From: Laetmonice hystrix
Taxonomy: Eukaryota
Direction: 5' to 3'
Length of the DNA stretch: 64,000 nt
Assembly: GCA_965235115.1 (NCBI GenBank)
Contig: OZ249439.1
Span: 2,480,001-2,544,000 of the forward strand
Part shown: piece by piece, positions 40,597 through 51,861 of the stretch
Numbering within the stretch: position 1 is the first letter of the stretch
Layout: each line of letters begins with the position of its first letter
Made by a program: the position numbers and the translations under genes
The notes under the pieces: generated by a model
Told to the model about the DNA's origin: nothing
Databases searched by the model: none
The model's input: the letters and a program-made list of their open reading frames with translations, nothing else

Positions 40597-41545
40597 TTGC
40601 CTGACACAGTGACAGTCTGTGCCCCCCGGCACGGTATATCTAGGGGTGTTAGACCTCACCCCACCGGTCGGCTCAGTGGAGACTAACCTCACGTTAAGGG
40701 AAATGGACGCAGCAAACGGATAAAAGTATAAAAAGATTCAGTCTGAATCACTTAGCTAACCAATTGAAACTTTAAAAATGTTTCTTTGAGGGTGGAGAAT
40801 TCGATATTTGAATCAAGATTGGGGCTGTAGTTGTAGTCCATTACAGTCCACTGTTGAAATATTGGGGGTACGCCCCCAACCCCAGCGTCTGTGAAAGAGG
40901 AACCAAGTCAAGACGTGTTACATATATCTCGTGTACCACAAACACCACAAAGCCTTCACCCAGAAAGTGAAGGGGCAGAGAGAAGTCCATTTAAAAAGCT
41001 CTTTGAAAGTATTGAAATGTCAGTCTTGGTGCATGGTCAGGTCTAGTGAACATTTACAGGATTCCTTAGAGATCCAAGTTACCGACTGTTCTGTTTGTAA
41101 CTTGCCGAACGACTGTAAAGAAGATTGGGGCTGTGTAAATAGTTCATTACTGCCGAATTACTCGAGAGTAGCCTGAGGTCTGAACTTTTCTCACAGTGAT
41201 ACCTCATTCTAAGATTTACACTTAAACTCTGAAGTTACGACTGTTTGTCTTTCACTTCTTCTGGTCTTTAGTACGTGTTTTTATTGGTTAAAGTATTGCC
41301 AACATGGTCCTTTGAAATCCGGCCAACATGGTTGTGTCTATATATCAGGGAAAGCTATGATTGCAGTGGTGTAGTTTTTATTAAAGCCATGTATTTTTTG
41401 GTGCATAGTTTCCTGTCTTTGTAATGAAGAAATGGGGAGATAGGATAGATTTTCCTGAGCTGATAAATTATACGCCTCCGTAAGTTCCGACTTAATAAAG
41501 ATGTACTAACCCGGCAAGAAATCATGCTAAAGTTTTCTATCCTTC

Positions 41546-41771
41546 ATTTCCCGTTATGTATAAAATGGATTTATCCATTTCATTTCCCGTCATGTATAAA
41601 GTGGATTCATTTATTTCCCGTTATGTATAAAGTGGATTTATTCATTTCTCGTTATGTATAAAGTGGATTTATTCATTTCCCGTTATGGATAAAGTGGATT
41701 TATTCATTTCCCGTTATGTATAAAGTGGATTTATTCATTTCCCGTTATGTATATAGGCCTAGAGTGGATTT
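41546..41771. repeat. about 31-bp AT-rich minisatellite x~7
   Basis: catttcccgttatgtataaagtggatttatt. Confidence 0.92.
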
Positions 41772-42702
41772 AATCGATTTGATTTCAGCGCCAGAGATGG
41801 GGGCAGGTGATGGTGGTGGTCACCTCTCCTACAGACCGTGACCAGGACCGTCACGCCCCAATGATTGACACAGGTTTTAATGAACACGAAACCTTTTCTA
41901 AAGAAGTTTAGAAGTAATTTCAGATTTAGGGATTCGAATATATGGAAGTGTAGAATAGCCATAAAGTGAAGACAGACGGCTCACTTGAAGAGCCGAGTGA
42001 CTGTACCATATTTCAAACTTTCTAAGCAGTAGATTTTTAGAACTGCAGGCCGTGTCTGTGACCGACCGTTTATCATGGCGGACTCCGGCCCGGAGAGGTC
42101 GAGATGTTGTGAGGACGTGTTGTGAATTGTTTGACAAGTCGTGGTCAGCAAGATCTTCTCATGGTCACACGGTTCTAGTAGTAAACGTCATCGGGGAAAT
42201 CTATCTCCAGGGGTTCTCTACCCCCTCTGGGTCCCAGACAGAGGGGTTTTACCCCGCCTTGACACCCTCTGTCCAAACATGTCGTTACACGCTGTAGATA
42301 TATAGTTATATCCCGAAATCTGCCGCCCGTACGGCGGCCGGTCGGACCCCACCCGAACCCCGCTATACCGTCCTCCAGCCCCGGCCTCTCCGCCCCCGTC
42401 CCAGGTCGGTGAGAAGTTTGGACCAAGACCTTTCAACCTGGCATGCTCCAGGTCTGACACACACACTCCTGTTATTATTGGTCACTAAGTGAACAACAAG
42501 ATTATTATTGCCGCCTGTTGGTTTCATGGAGCTGTGCTTGGTTTAGATCTCAGTCAAGATTTAAACCATGCCTCATCATGCAGCCAAACTTCAGTGTCAC
42601 ATTACATCAGGTTGAAAATTACCAGATCAAAATCAATAGTCGTGACCTGGATGTGGGAAGGTACAGAGGGAGATAAAAGGGGCCGCGGATTCTTCAGATT
42701 CT

Positions 42703-42799
42703 CTCACTGTAATAGTAAATACAGCTTTCATGTACCTCACTGTAATAGTAAATACAGCTTTCATGTACCTCACTGTAATAGTAAATACAGGTTTCATGT
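42703..42799. repeat. 33-bp repeat x3
   Basis: ctcactgtaatagtaaatacagctttcatgtac. Confidence 0.9.
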
Positions 42800-42999
42800 G
42801 CTGTCACAGAGTGCGGTTAGCTTCACAAAAAGAACACTAATAGCGTAAAGTTGATAATTGATTCATTAACCGGGCTTGCACTTTGTGAAACCTTTTAACT
42901 AATTGTCTCTTTGTAACCACTTTAATTAGAGGAGCTGGTCAATCAAATGGCGGAGGTAATTTGTACAATGATTGCTGACAAATGGTGCGGATGGTACTT

Positions 43000-43846
43000 A
43001 CAGTGACAGGTCGGATTGTGTAATGTATCTCGTTCTATTGGCACTGGGAGACACAGTGACAGGTCGGATTGTGTAATGTATCTCGTTCTATTGGCACTGG
43101 GAGACACAGTGACAGGTCGGATTGTGTTATCTCGTTCTGTGGGCACTGGGAGACACAGTGACAGGTCGGATTGTGTAATGTATCTCGTTCTGTGGGCACT
43201 GGGAGACACAGTGACAGGTCGGATTGTGTAATGTATCTCGTTCTGTGGGCACTGGGAGACACAGTGACAGGTCGGATTGTGTAATGTATCTCGTTCTGTG
43301 GGCACTGGGAGACACAGTGACAGGTCGGATTGTGTAATGTATCTCGTTCTGTGGGCACTGGGAGACACAGTGACAGGTCGGATTGTGTAATGTATCTCGT
43401 TCTGTGGGCACTGGGAGACACAGTGACAGGTCGGATTGTGTAATGTATCTCGTTCTGTGGGCACTGGGAGACACAGTGACAGGTCGGATTGTGTAATGTA
43501 TCTCGTTCTGTGGGCACTGGGAGACACAGTGACAGGTCGGATTGTGTAATGTATCTCGTTCTGTGGGCACTGGGAGACACAGTGACAGGTCGGATTGTGT
43601 AATGTATCTCGTTCTGTGGGCACTGGGAGACACAGTGACAGGTCGGATTGTGTAATGTATCTCGTTCTGTGGGAACTGGGAGACACAGTGACAGGTCGGA
43701 TTGTGTAATGTATCTCGTTCTGTGGGCACTGGGAGACACAGTGACAGGTCGGATTGTGTAATGTATCTCGTTCTGTGGGCACTGGGACACACAGTGACAG
43801 GTCGGATTGTGTAATGTATCTCGTTCTATGGGCACTGGGAGACACA
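43000..43846. repeat. 53-bp minisatellite x16
   Basis: acagtgacaggtcggattgtgtaatgtatctcgttctgtgggcactgggagac. Confidence 0.97.
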
Positions 43847-44682
43847 CAAGGAAAGTGTATTTTCATATGGCGATTACGCTAAGAGGTTGGGGTAGGTAGC
43901 CCATTGATAAACTTACGAGTCCAAGTCTGCCCTCTGTTTGGTAAATTGAAGTTGGGGAAAAAGCAACATTCTCAAGTTTGATCTGAGTCTGTCACAGTTA
44001 TTTTAATGAGATGGAATATGTGGCGGGTTGTATCTGGACTGTGTCATTGTGTATATCTCGCGGCATTCAGTCCGTCTAACCTGAAGGTACATGGTGGTTG
44101 GGGTGTGCAGGACCAGAAAGATATAGCGTGGATTAACCTGGATATTATCAATATGGGCTTGCTGGCTGGCTTGGTGCACAAGGGTTGGGGGAGGGGGTAT
44201 GGATGGAAAAAGTGACATAGTTTGTGGGGATATAACAGTTGTTTGTTGACTTGTCACACTGTGTTCCAGTTATAGTCTGTGTAGAACCGTCCCCCGCCCA
44301 CCACCGCCGCGTCTCAAGCCAAAACTCGTATATATATTTGTTCTTCAGCTTTCCACACTGCTAAACGTGCAGAGCATGTTGAGCAGCATCTGTTTGCACA
44401 CGGCACGAGACTGTCAGCTTGTCAGTTGACAGTTTGTCAGTTTGTAGTGCAGGTTTGTTAGTTCTTACCGACAGAGGGCAGTGCTGCGCCGGGCCGACTT
44501 GGGCGCCCTTTGTGAGGTGGGATATATCAGTGTACATAGCGTGCAGTCAGACAAAGTAGGCCAAGTCGTGTGACAGGGTGCTGCCTCATCGGTAACTTGG
44601 ATAGGGGGGGGGGGGTGTCAGAAAGGACAGAGTGGGAACCATCACTAATTAGAGTAATCCTAAATATTTATTGGTTGGACGG

Positions 44683-45042
44683 GTAGGTCGGGTATACCAA
44701 CCCTGTAGGCCGGGTACCAGACCTGTAAGTCGGGTACCAACCCTGTAGGTCGGGTACCAAACCTGTAGGTCGGGTACCAACCCTATAGGTCGGGTACCAA
44801 ACCTGTAGGTCGGATGTTGTCGGATACCAAATCTGTAGGTCGGATACCAAACCAGTAGGTCGGATACCAAACTTGTAGGTCGGATACCAAACCTGTAGGT
44901 CGGGTACCAAACTTGTAGGTCGGGTACCAAACCTGTAAGTCGGATACCAAACCTGCAGGTCGGACACCAACCCTGTAGGTCGGGTACCAAACCTGTAGGT
45001 CGGATACCAAACCAGTAGGTCGGATACCAACCCTATAGGTCA
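44683..45042. repeat. 20-bp minisatellite x~18
   Basis: gtcgg(g/a)taccaaacctgtag. Confidence 0.95.
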
Positions 45043-45494
45043 CACTTAGCCGGGAGGTGGAGGAGGACTTCAGAAGGCAAACTGACTTTTTTCTCTCACG
45101 TCGCTGTGGTACATAGAAGTCGGCTAACTGTGACCCAGCCTGACAAGTCGGTGGTCAGAAGTTGACAACACCTCCGGGGTACTGGGTCTGGGATGGTAGC
45201 GTTCTGTTCACACCTGAGTGAGAAAGTAACACCTTCACCACCACCGGGACGACCTGCGAGAGGACCCCGTCTCACTCAGAATTTTAGTCCCCAATTGCGG
45301 ACGTCCCTGATTGGGGACTTTCAGGTAACTATTAAATATGAATAGGGTTTCAGCGGGGATGTCCCTATTTGGGACTTTTCTGGGGATGTCCCCGGGGATC
45401 TGTGTTAGTGAGACTGGGGTAAGCTGTCTCTCCCTCAATCTGGGACCTGACCACAGTCTTTGAACGTCCCTTTTTCTATTTTACATTCCTTAGA

Positions 45495-46541
45495 TCTGTA
45501 TCGGTGAGACAAACAGAAAACTGCATGCCTGACCAGGACACGATGTTCTGTATCTGTGAGACAAACAGAAAACTGCATGCCTGACCAGGACACGATGTTC
45601 TGTGAGACAAACAGAAAACTGCATGTCTGACCAGGACACGATGTTCTGTATCTGTGAGACAAACAGAAAACTGCATGCCTGACCAGGACACGATGTTCTG
45701 TGAGACAAACAGAAAACTGCATGTCTGACCAGGACACGATGTTCTGTATCTGTGAGACAAACAGAAAACTGCATGCCTGACCAGGACACGATGTTCTGTG
45801 AGACAAACAGAGAACTGCATGCCTGACCAGGACACGATGTTCTGTGAGACAAACAGAGAACTGCATGCCTGACCAGGACACGATGTTCTGTGAGACAAAC
45901 AGAAAACTGCATGCCTGACCAGGACACGATGTTCTGTGAGACAAACAGAGAACTGCATGCCTGACCAGGACACGATGTTCTGTGAGACAAACAGAGAACT
46001 GCATGCCTGACCAGGACACGATGTTCTGTGAGACAAACAGAAAACTGCATGTCTGACCAGGACACGATGTTCTGTATCTGTGAGACAAACAGAAAACTGC
46101 ATGCCTGACCAGGACACGATGTTCTGTGAGACAAACAGAGAACTGCATGCCTGACCAGGACACGATGTTCTGTGAGACAAACAGAGAACTGCATGCCTGA
46201 CCAGGACACGATGTTTTGTGAGACAAACAGAGAACTGCATGCCTGACCAGGACACGATGTTCTGTGAGACAAACAGAGAACTGCATGCCTGACCAGGACA
46301 CGATGTTCTGTGAGACAAACAGAAAACTGCATGCCTGACCAGGACACGATGTTCTGTGAGACAAACAGAGAACTGCATGCCTGACCAGGACACGATGTTC
46401 TGTGAGACAAACAGAGAACTGCATGCCTGACCAGGACACGATGTTCTGTGAGACAAACAGAGAACTGCATGCCTGACCAGGACACGATGTTCTGTGAGAC
46501 AAACAGAGAATTACATGCCTGACCAGGACACGATGTTCTGT
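45495..46541. repeat. 46/52-bp minisatellite x~22
   Basis: gtgagacaaacagagaactgcatgcctgaccaggacacgatgttct, with or without gtatct. Confidence 0.97.
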
Positions 46542-46984
46542 AACGTTCTCAGACCAATAATCAAACCGAGTGGGCGGGAAATTCCTTGACAAATGTGGCG
46601 CGCTATCTGAGTGAACGGAAAAGGTTGATATGTATTTCATTCTAATATATCGAAATTATCAAAAAAAGAATTTAGTCTATTATTACTTCTAGCTTTGCAC
46701 CCAACACATAAACATATCTATTAGCAGAACTCCGAGAAAATTCCCACATGACATCAAAATGTTGGCACGGACCAGCAGGAGACTGTCCTGGAGTCTTTAT
46801 CTCCATCAGTGGATGTTGATCTAGCCAGTTGTGGGGTTTGAATACCACCAGATCCAGAGGGGGAGTCCCCAAACATTCCGATGTGAGGTTACTTTTTATA
46901 CCGCCAGGGGTGCTGATAAACAACTGTTGGTGAAACGTCCAGGTGACAGGGTCAGATCGAGGACACAATAAACACAACCAGCCG

Positions 46985-47345
46985 ACGGTTCACGTGTTAT
47001 GTAATCGTTGTACGGTTCACGTGTTATGTAATCGTTGTACGGTTCATGTGTTATGTAATCGTTGTACGGTCAATGTCGGGTGTTTGACAGGATGTCTGCC
47101 TCGGCCGGGGCAGGCAGGGGTGGTCCTGTAGGGGGCAGGGGGTCGTACCCTCGGGGGTGCGGGGCCCTTGGACAAACATCAACCAGTCCGACAGTATTGA
47201 TTAAACAGACGGTTCTCAGTTAATATTTTGTTTCCTCTCCTCAACTGAGTGACCACTGGCCAGACCCACTGAGTGACCACTGGCCAGACCCACTGAGTGA
47301 CCACTGGCCAGTCCCACTGAGTGACCAGTGGCCAGACCCACTGAG
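46985..47345. repeat. two short arrays: 27 bp x3 (46985-47070) and 24 bp x4 (47245-47345)
   Basis: gtacggttcacgtgttatgtaatcgtt; actgagtgaccactggccagaccc. Confidence 0.85.
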
Positions 47346-47388
47346 TCTGAACCTCTCTACGCACCACTCAAGACTCGAATCCTCACAT

Positions 47389-47767
47389 CACGGACAGGTC
47401 CGTCATTCCGTCACTGAGAGATTTGACACGGACAGGTCCGTCATTCCGTCACTGAGAGATTTGACACGGACAGGTCCGTCATTCCGTCACTGAGAGATTT
47501 GACACGGACAGGTCCGTCATTCCGTCACTGAGAGATTTGACACGGACAGGTCCGTCATTCCGTCACTGAGAGATTTGACACGGACAGGTCCGTCATTCCG
47601 TCACTGAGAGATTTGAAACGGACAGGTCCGTCATTCCGTCACTGAGAGATTTGACACGGACAGGTCCGTCATTCCGTCACTGAGAGATTTGACACGGACA
47701 GGTCTGTCATTCCGTCACTGAGAGATTTGACACGGACAGGTCTGTCATTCCGTCACTGAGAGATTTC
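47389..47767. repeat. 38-bp minisatellite x10
   Basis: cacggacaggtccgtcattccgtcactgagagatttga; each unit has the ACGGAC-AG-GTCCGT inverted repeat. Confidence 0.97.
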
Positions 47768-48886
47768 CATGACAACCAAGGAGTCTATTAAAATTAATTT
47801 CCATATCATTATTCACAATGCAGCGTTCCTATATAAGGATGTAAGGGTATGAAGGATGCCCAGAGGACGCTACTGGTCAGACAGTTGAGAAATGACGTTA
47901 CACAACTCATAATCTCACTGAACTCCGTGGAACACGACAGTCCATTAACCGATGTCGTCTGGGGCGATATTTTTTCACGCCAGTTAAAGAAGTTTTTTCT
48001 GGCCGATATTGTGTGGAATTCACTGCGGATTGTCATTTGAGAGTGGGTGACAGCACACAGGGGGCAACATGTCACCGGTGTGACATGTTGTGTGACAGAT
48101 CGTGACAGGTACCTATAGACGGGAGATGAGGCAGGGTCGGTCCCGCTGGAGTCGGGTGTGGGGGGCGGGTTGGTGGACTGAGATGGTGTCTGCCCCGGGC
48201 CGCAGTCAAGGCGGTGCTGACACCTGGCGCTCAATGCGTGAACTCGATCGTTCACCAGTAAAACTACCCCACCTTCATCGAGAACGGGCGTGGGATGTCG
48301 CAGCAGTGTGTCACTGTTTAAAAATGAACGATTTTTAAGGCCAGATAATGGAGACCATGTTAGAAGCTTTTAGAGAAATAGATCGTATTTTACATGGGGA
48401 GACTCGTTCCACGCCAGGCCCATCATGCTTTCCTGGGAGAAGAGAACAGAAATGGTTCCGATTTCCTGATTTCCTGACACAGAGTGTTTGCTCCGATGGT
48501 ATCGGAAACTTTTGACGGTTGACAACTGTTTCACATTTCGATGGGGAAAAAAACGGGTTCACACTTTAATGTGTTGGCTACGCGTGGTAATCTTGGGTGT
48601 AGTGACAGCTAGAATGACAAGCCTATCGGAGAAGTCAGCGTGAAAAGTGTTTTTTGTTGACTGGTGGGAAGGGTTACTCGGAGATATGGCTTGGAGTGAG
48701 AGGAAACAGGACATGAAACAAGTTAAGTGAAGTGTTTTTTGGTATGAAAAGTTGACTATTCTTGACGATGATACGGAATCAACTGTCAGGTCTGGATGCC
48801 TGAGCCCTCCCGGCCACGCTGTAAAAACTTCCTAAAGGGATGTTTGTCATATCTTTGTAATAGTGAGTGTGTGATAAGGAAGAGTG

Positions 48887-49226
48887 AGTTAGGTTCAATG
48901 TGAGTTTTTTAATGTTTGACAGGAGGAGTAGAGATGTGTGCGTCTCGCTGATTGGTTAGAACGTGATAAAGGAGTACGATATGTTGTCATGGCGACGGTA
49001 TGGCCAGGACACAGTGGGGCGGGGTTGTGGCGGGTTGTGCTACCATGCTGTATTACCAGTTAGGTTCAGTGTGAGTTTTTAATGTTTGACAGGAGTAGAG
49101 ATGTGTGTGTCTCGTTGATTGGTTAGAACGTGATAAAGGAAGAGTACGATATGTTGTCATGGCGACGGTATGGCCAGGACACAGTGGAGCGGGGTTGTGG
49201 CGGGTTGTGCTACCATGCTGTATTAC
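48887..49226. repeat. 170-bp direct duplication x2
   Basis: gttgtcatggcgac at 48983 and 49153. Confidence 0.93.
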
Positions 49227-50005
49227 AATGTACGGACAGACGGGGGGGGGGGGGGGGCACCGTCTCTGGGGAGGGTCCCCCGAGGGTCCACTCTCTGAGA
49301 GTGATGGGAGATAGCTAAGGTCATTTAATGCATGCCGCTGTAATACATGGTGTGTGCCAGGCGACCAGTTTGTTACAAAGGTCTGAGTGAAGTTTACCAG
49401 TTTGTTACAAAGGTCTGACTGAAGTTTTTATTGCGGTGAGAGGCTGTGCCAGTCCGTCTGCTCTATACGCATGTGACAGAAATCCGACTTTTAAATTAAG
49501 GGAGATTCCTCGCCTGTCGGTTTGTGTGAATATTAACTGATCCCACAGCGGACAGAGTTCCTTTCAAACCACTTTTTAAAACTTCCTTTCTCTTTTCGGC
49601 GTGTGTTCCTTCTACAAAGGAATGTGCAAATTATACTTATCACTGTGAGAGCACGACAGCCCATCAATTTGAAGTTAGTGAATAATGTTATCACAAAGCG
49701 GTGGCCAAGGGCTAGCAACCCTTACCAATATCAACAAAGGTTGTAGATTTGTACCAATAATTCTCAACTCTAAGATAAGAGTTTTTGACGAGGGACAAGT
49801 CAGGCCAGGGGTTGGGAGTATAATGTCACATACCGCACCAGTGGGTTTAAACCCAATGTCAGTAAACCTGCCAAGTACACTCGATGTAATCATGTCAGCC
49901 TGAGCGTCTGGGCGGAGATTGAGACGGTGCTGACACCTTGTGAGGAACGAGAGAACGATTAAAATAAAAACAGAGTTATGCCTTAGAACGAAGGAGCGAA
50001 TGGAG

Positions 50006-50362
50006 TGTTATTATTGTGTTAGAAGTGTTAAATGTAAAGCCATTATTGTGTTAGAAGTGTTAAATGTAAAGCCATTATTGTGTTAGAAGTATTAAATGTA
50101 AAGCCATTATTGTGTTAGAAGTGTTAAATGTAAAGCCATTATTGTGTTAGAAGTGTTAAATGTAAAGCCATTATTGTGTTAGAAGTGTTAAATGTAAAGT
50201 CATTATTGTGTTAGAAGTGTTAAATGTAAAGCCATTATTGTGTTAGAAGTGTTAAATGTAAAGTCATTATTGTGTTAGAAGTGTTAAATGTAAAGCCATT
50301 ATTGTGTTAGAAGTGTTAAATGTAAAGCCATTATTGTGTTAGAAGTGTTAAATGTAAAGCCA
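50006..50362. repeat. 32-bp minisatellite x11 ending about 38 nt before the exon A acceptor
   Basis: ccattattgtgttagaagtgttaaatgtaaag. Confidence 0.97.
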
Positions 50363-50400
50363 TACATGACTAAAGAGAGTGTTACTGTTTTGTTTTCCAG

Positions 50401-50587
50401 GTGTCGGCCTCAGACCCTGACTGTGGATCGAGTGCCAGGGTGACGTACCGGATCGCACTCAACCTTGGCTTTGAGAACCCGCGAGAGTTGGAGGTACGCG
50501 AGGAAACAGGAGAAATATGTGTGAAAGCACCGCTCGACTATGAGAAAAAACACACGTACGAGTTCCCGTTACAAGCCAGAGATCAAG
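50401..50587 (+). CDS. ds: ds exon A (VSASDPDCGSSARVTY...LDYEKKHTYEFPLQARDQ), phase 0 to 1
   Basis: ttttccag acceptor, G|GTAGGT donor, cadherin motifs. Confidence 0.93.
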
Positions 50588-50611
50588 GTAGGTTGGAAGT
50601 ATTACTATAAC

Positions 50612-51087
50612 AATAATATGATTTTGCTGGGCGTTGTGCTCATTTGAAGCCCTCCATTTGGTTTGAAGCCCGAGCGAAGCGAGGGCTTCAAACCAAAGGA
50701 CAGCCTTCAAACCAAAAATGGAGGGCTTCAAATGAGGGCACAACGCCCAGCAAAATCATATTATTACTATTATTACCACTGCGATTATCTCAGACATCAT
50801 GATTGAATGAATGTAAATGAACAACTTAGGCATAGTCCAGGCTCCGTCACTGAGTAAACAACGTCAAATCTTGGATGCCCTGCGATAAGTGGGGCGATAG
50901 TGGTGTGTTCAATCGCGCCACCTAGCGGATGTAAACAACGTGAAAAGGGACGCACTTCAAACGGTCACACACACGCAGCCTTCAAAAAGGGACGACTTTC
51001 AAACGTCGTTTGAAGCCCGCCTCTTTCCATTAATGATTGGGGAAAGTGATGTGAACCTCTGGTAACACTGCACATAGTGGTAATAAT
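50612..51087. mobile_element. palindromic non-autonomous element (long IR, GCGAAGC mini-hairpin, second IR pair); family unassigned
   Basis: About 57-bp arms at 50612-50668 and 50705-50765 differ only by two 2-nt indels; inner perfect 15-bp stem 50657-71/50683-97; IR ATTATTACCACT 50769-80 / AGTGGTAATAAT 51076-87. Confidence 0.6.
50915..50928 (-). promoter_or_regulatory. consensus CTCF core motif CCGCTAGGTGGCGC inside the palindromic element
   Basis: 14/14 match to CCRSYAGRKGGCRS; motif only. Confidence 0.35.
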
Positions 51088-51299
51088 CATCAATAGGTAT
51101 GGCACAAGAGATCAACCTATTTGATATCGGGACTCTACTGTTAAATTAAGTATAGTAAGTTGAGATTTCAAAAATGAAATATTGTAGAAAAATCAGATTG
51201 TCAACTTTAAAGTTGGTTCAGTTTCTAGATAGCAGAGTAAAGGCAGAGATATACTAGGATGAAGATATCTCCTCCCCTCTCTGGGACAGGACGGGGTGT

Positions 51300-51490
51300 G
51301 GGGTGGGGGTTTGACATGTCACCCGCCCCCAGCAGGGTGTGAGGGGAGGGTGGGGGTTTGACATGTCACCCGCTCCCAGCAGGGTGTGAGAGAGAGGGTG
51401 GGGGTTTGACATGTCACCCGCTCCCAGCAGGGTGTGAGGGGAGGGTGGGGGTTTGACATGTCACCCGCTCCCAGCAGGGTGTGAGGGAGA
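51300..51490. repeat. about 48-bp G-rich repeat x4
   Basis: gggtgggggtttgacatgtcacccgctcccagcagggtgtgag. Confidence 0.92.
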
Positions 51491-51772
51491 GGGGGGATCA
51501 GTGGGTGTTACGACATGTCCGCCCCTCCACGGCATGTTGTCCGCCAAGCCCTGTAGACAAGTTATGTCTCCAGTAAAGAATGTGGCCAATATCTCCTCCA
51601 GCGGCTCCTCCTGTATCCATCCTCCAGTCGTGTGATCCCTCCATGGCTGACATTCCTCCAGGCTGTCTCAAATGGAGGGGAGGAATTCCTCCTGACTGAT
51701 AACTCAGATCTGGCGACATTCTGGTTCTCTGCTCTCAGACATCAGGTGACACAGGCCGTACGAGTCGGGTGT

Positions 51773-51861
51773 GACTAAACACCAAAAGTGACCGAATTTA
51801 CCGAAACCGACCGACACCAACCTTGGCATTATCGGTTTCGGTTGGTTTCGGTAGTTTAGTC
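51773..51861. repeat. imperfect palindrome (ACCGAA-rich), probable MITE remnant
   Basis: TACCGAAACCGACCGACACC (51799-818) pairs 18/20 with 51834-853; outer GACTAAAC/GTTTAGTC. Confidence 0.6.

Larger units (their letters stand above)
1..50400 (+). other. very long intron of ds (at least 50.4 kb, donor outside window)
   Basis: Exon 50401 begins in the middle of a cadherin repeat (VSASDPDCG) after ttttgttttccag. No signal peptide, earlier cadherin repeats or other recognisable coding exon was found upstream in the window. Confidence 0.75.

Noticed and set aside
5002-46640. Long repetitive ORFs (241, 209, 227, 304, 485, 274, 307, 401 aa etc.) as repeat proteins
   Set aside because: Each coincides exactly with a minisatellite, is often open in several frames and on both strands, lacks splice context, and has no recognisable domain.
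1-50400. CRISPR arrays or prokaryotic systems suggested by 30-50-bp periodicity
   Set aside because: The units are head-to-tail with no unique spacers, there are no cas genes, and the context is a spliced animal gene.
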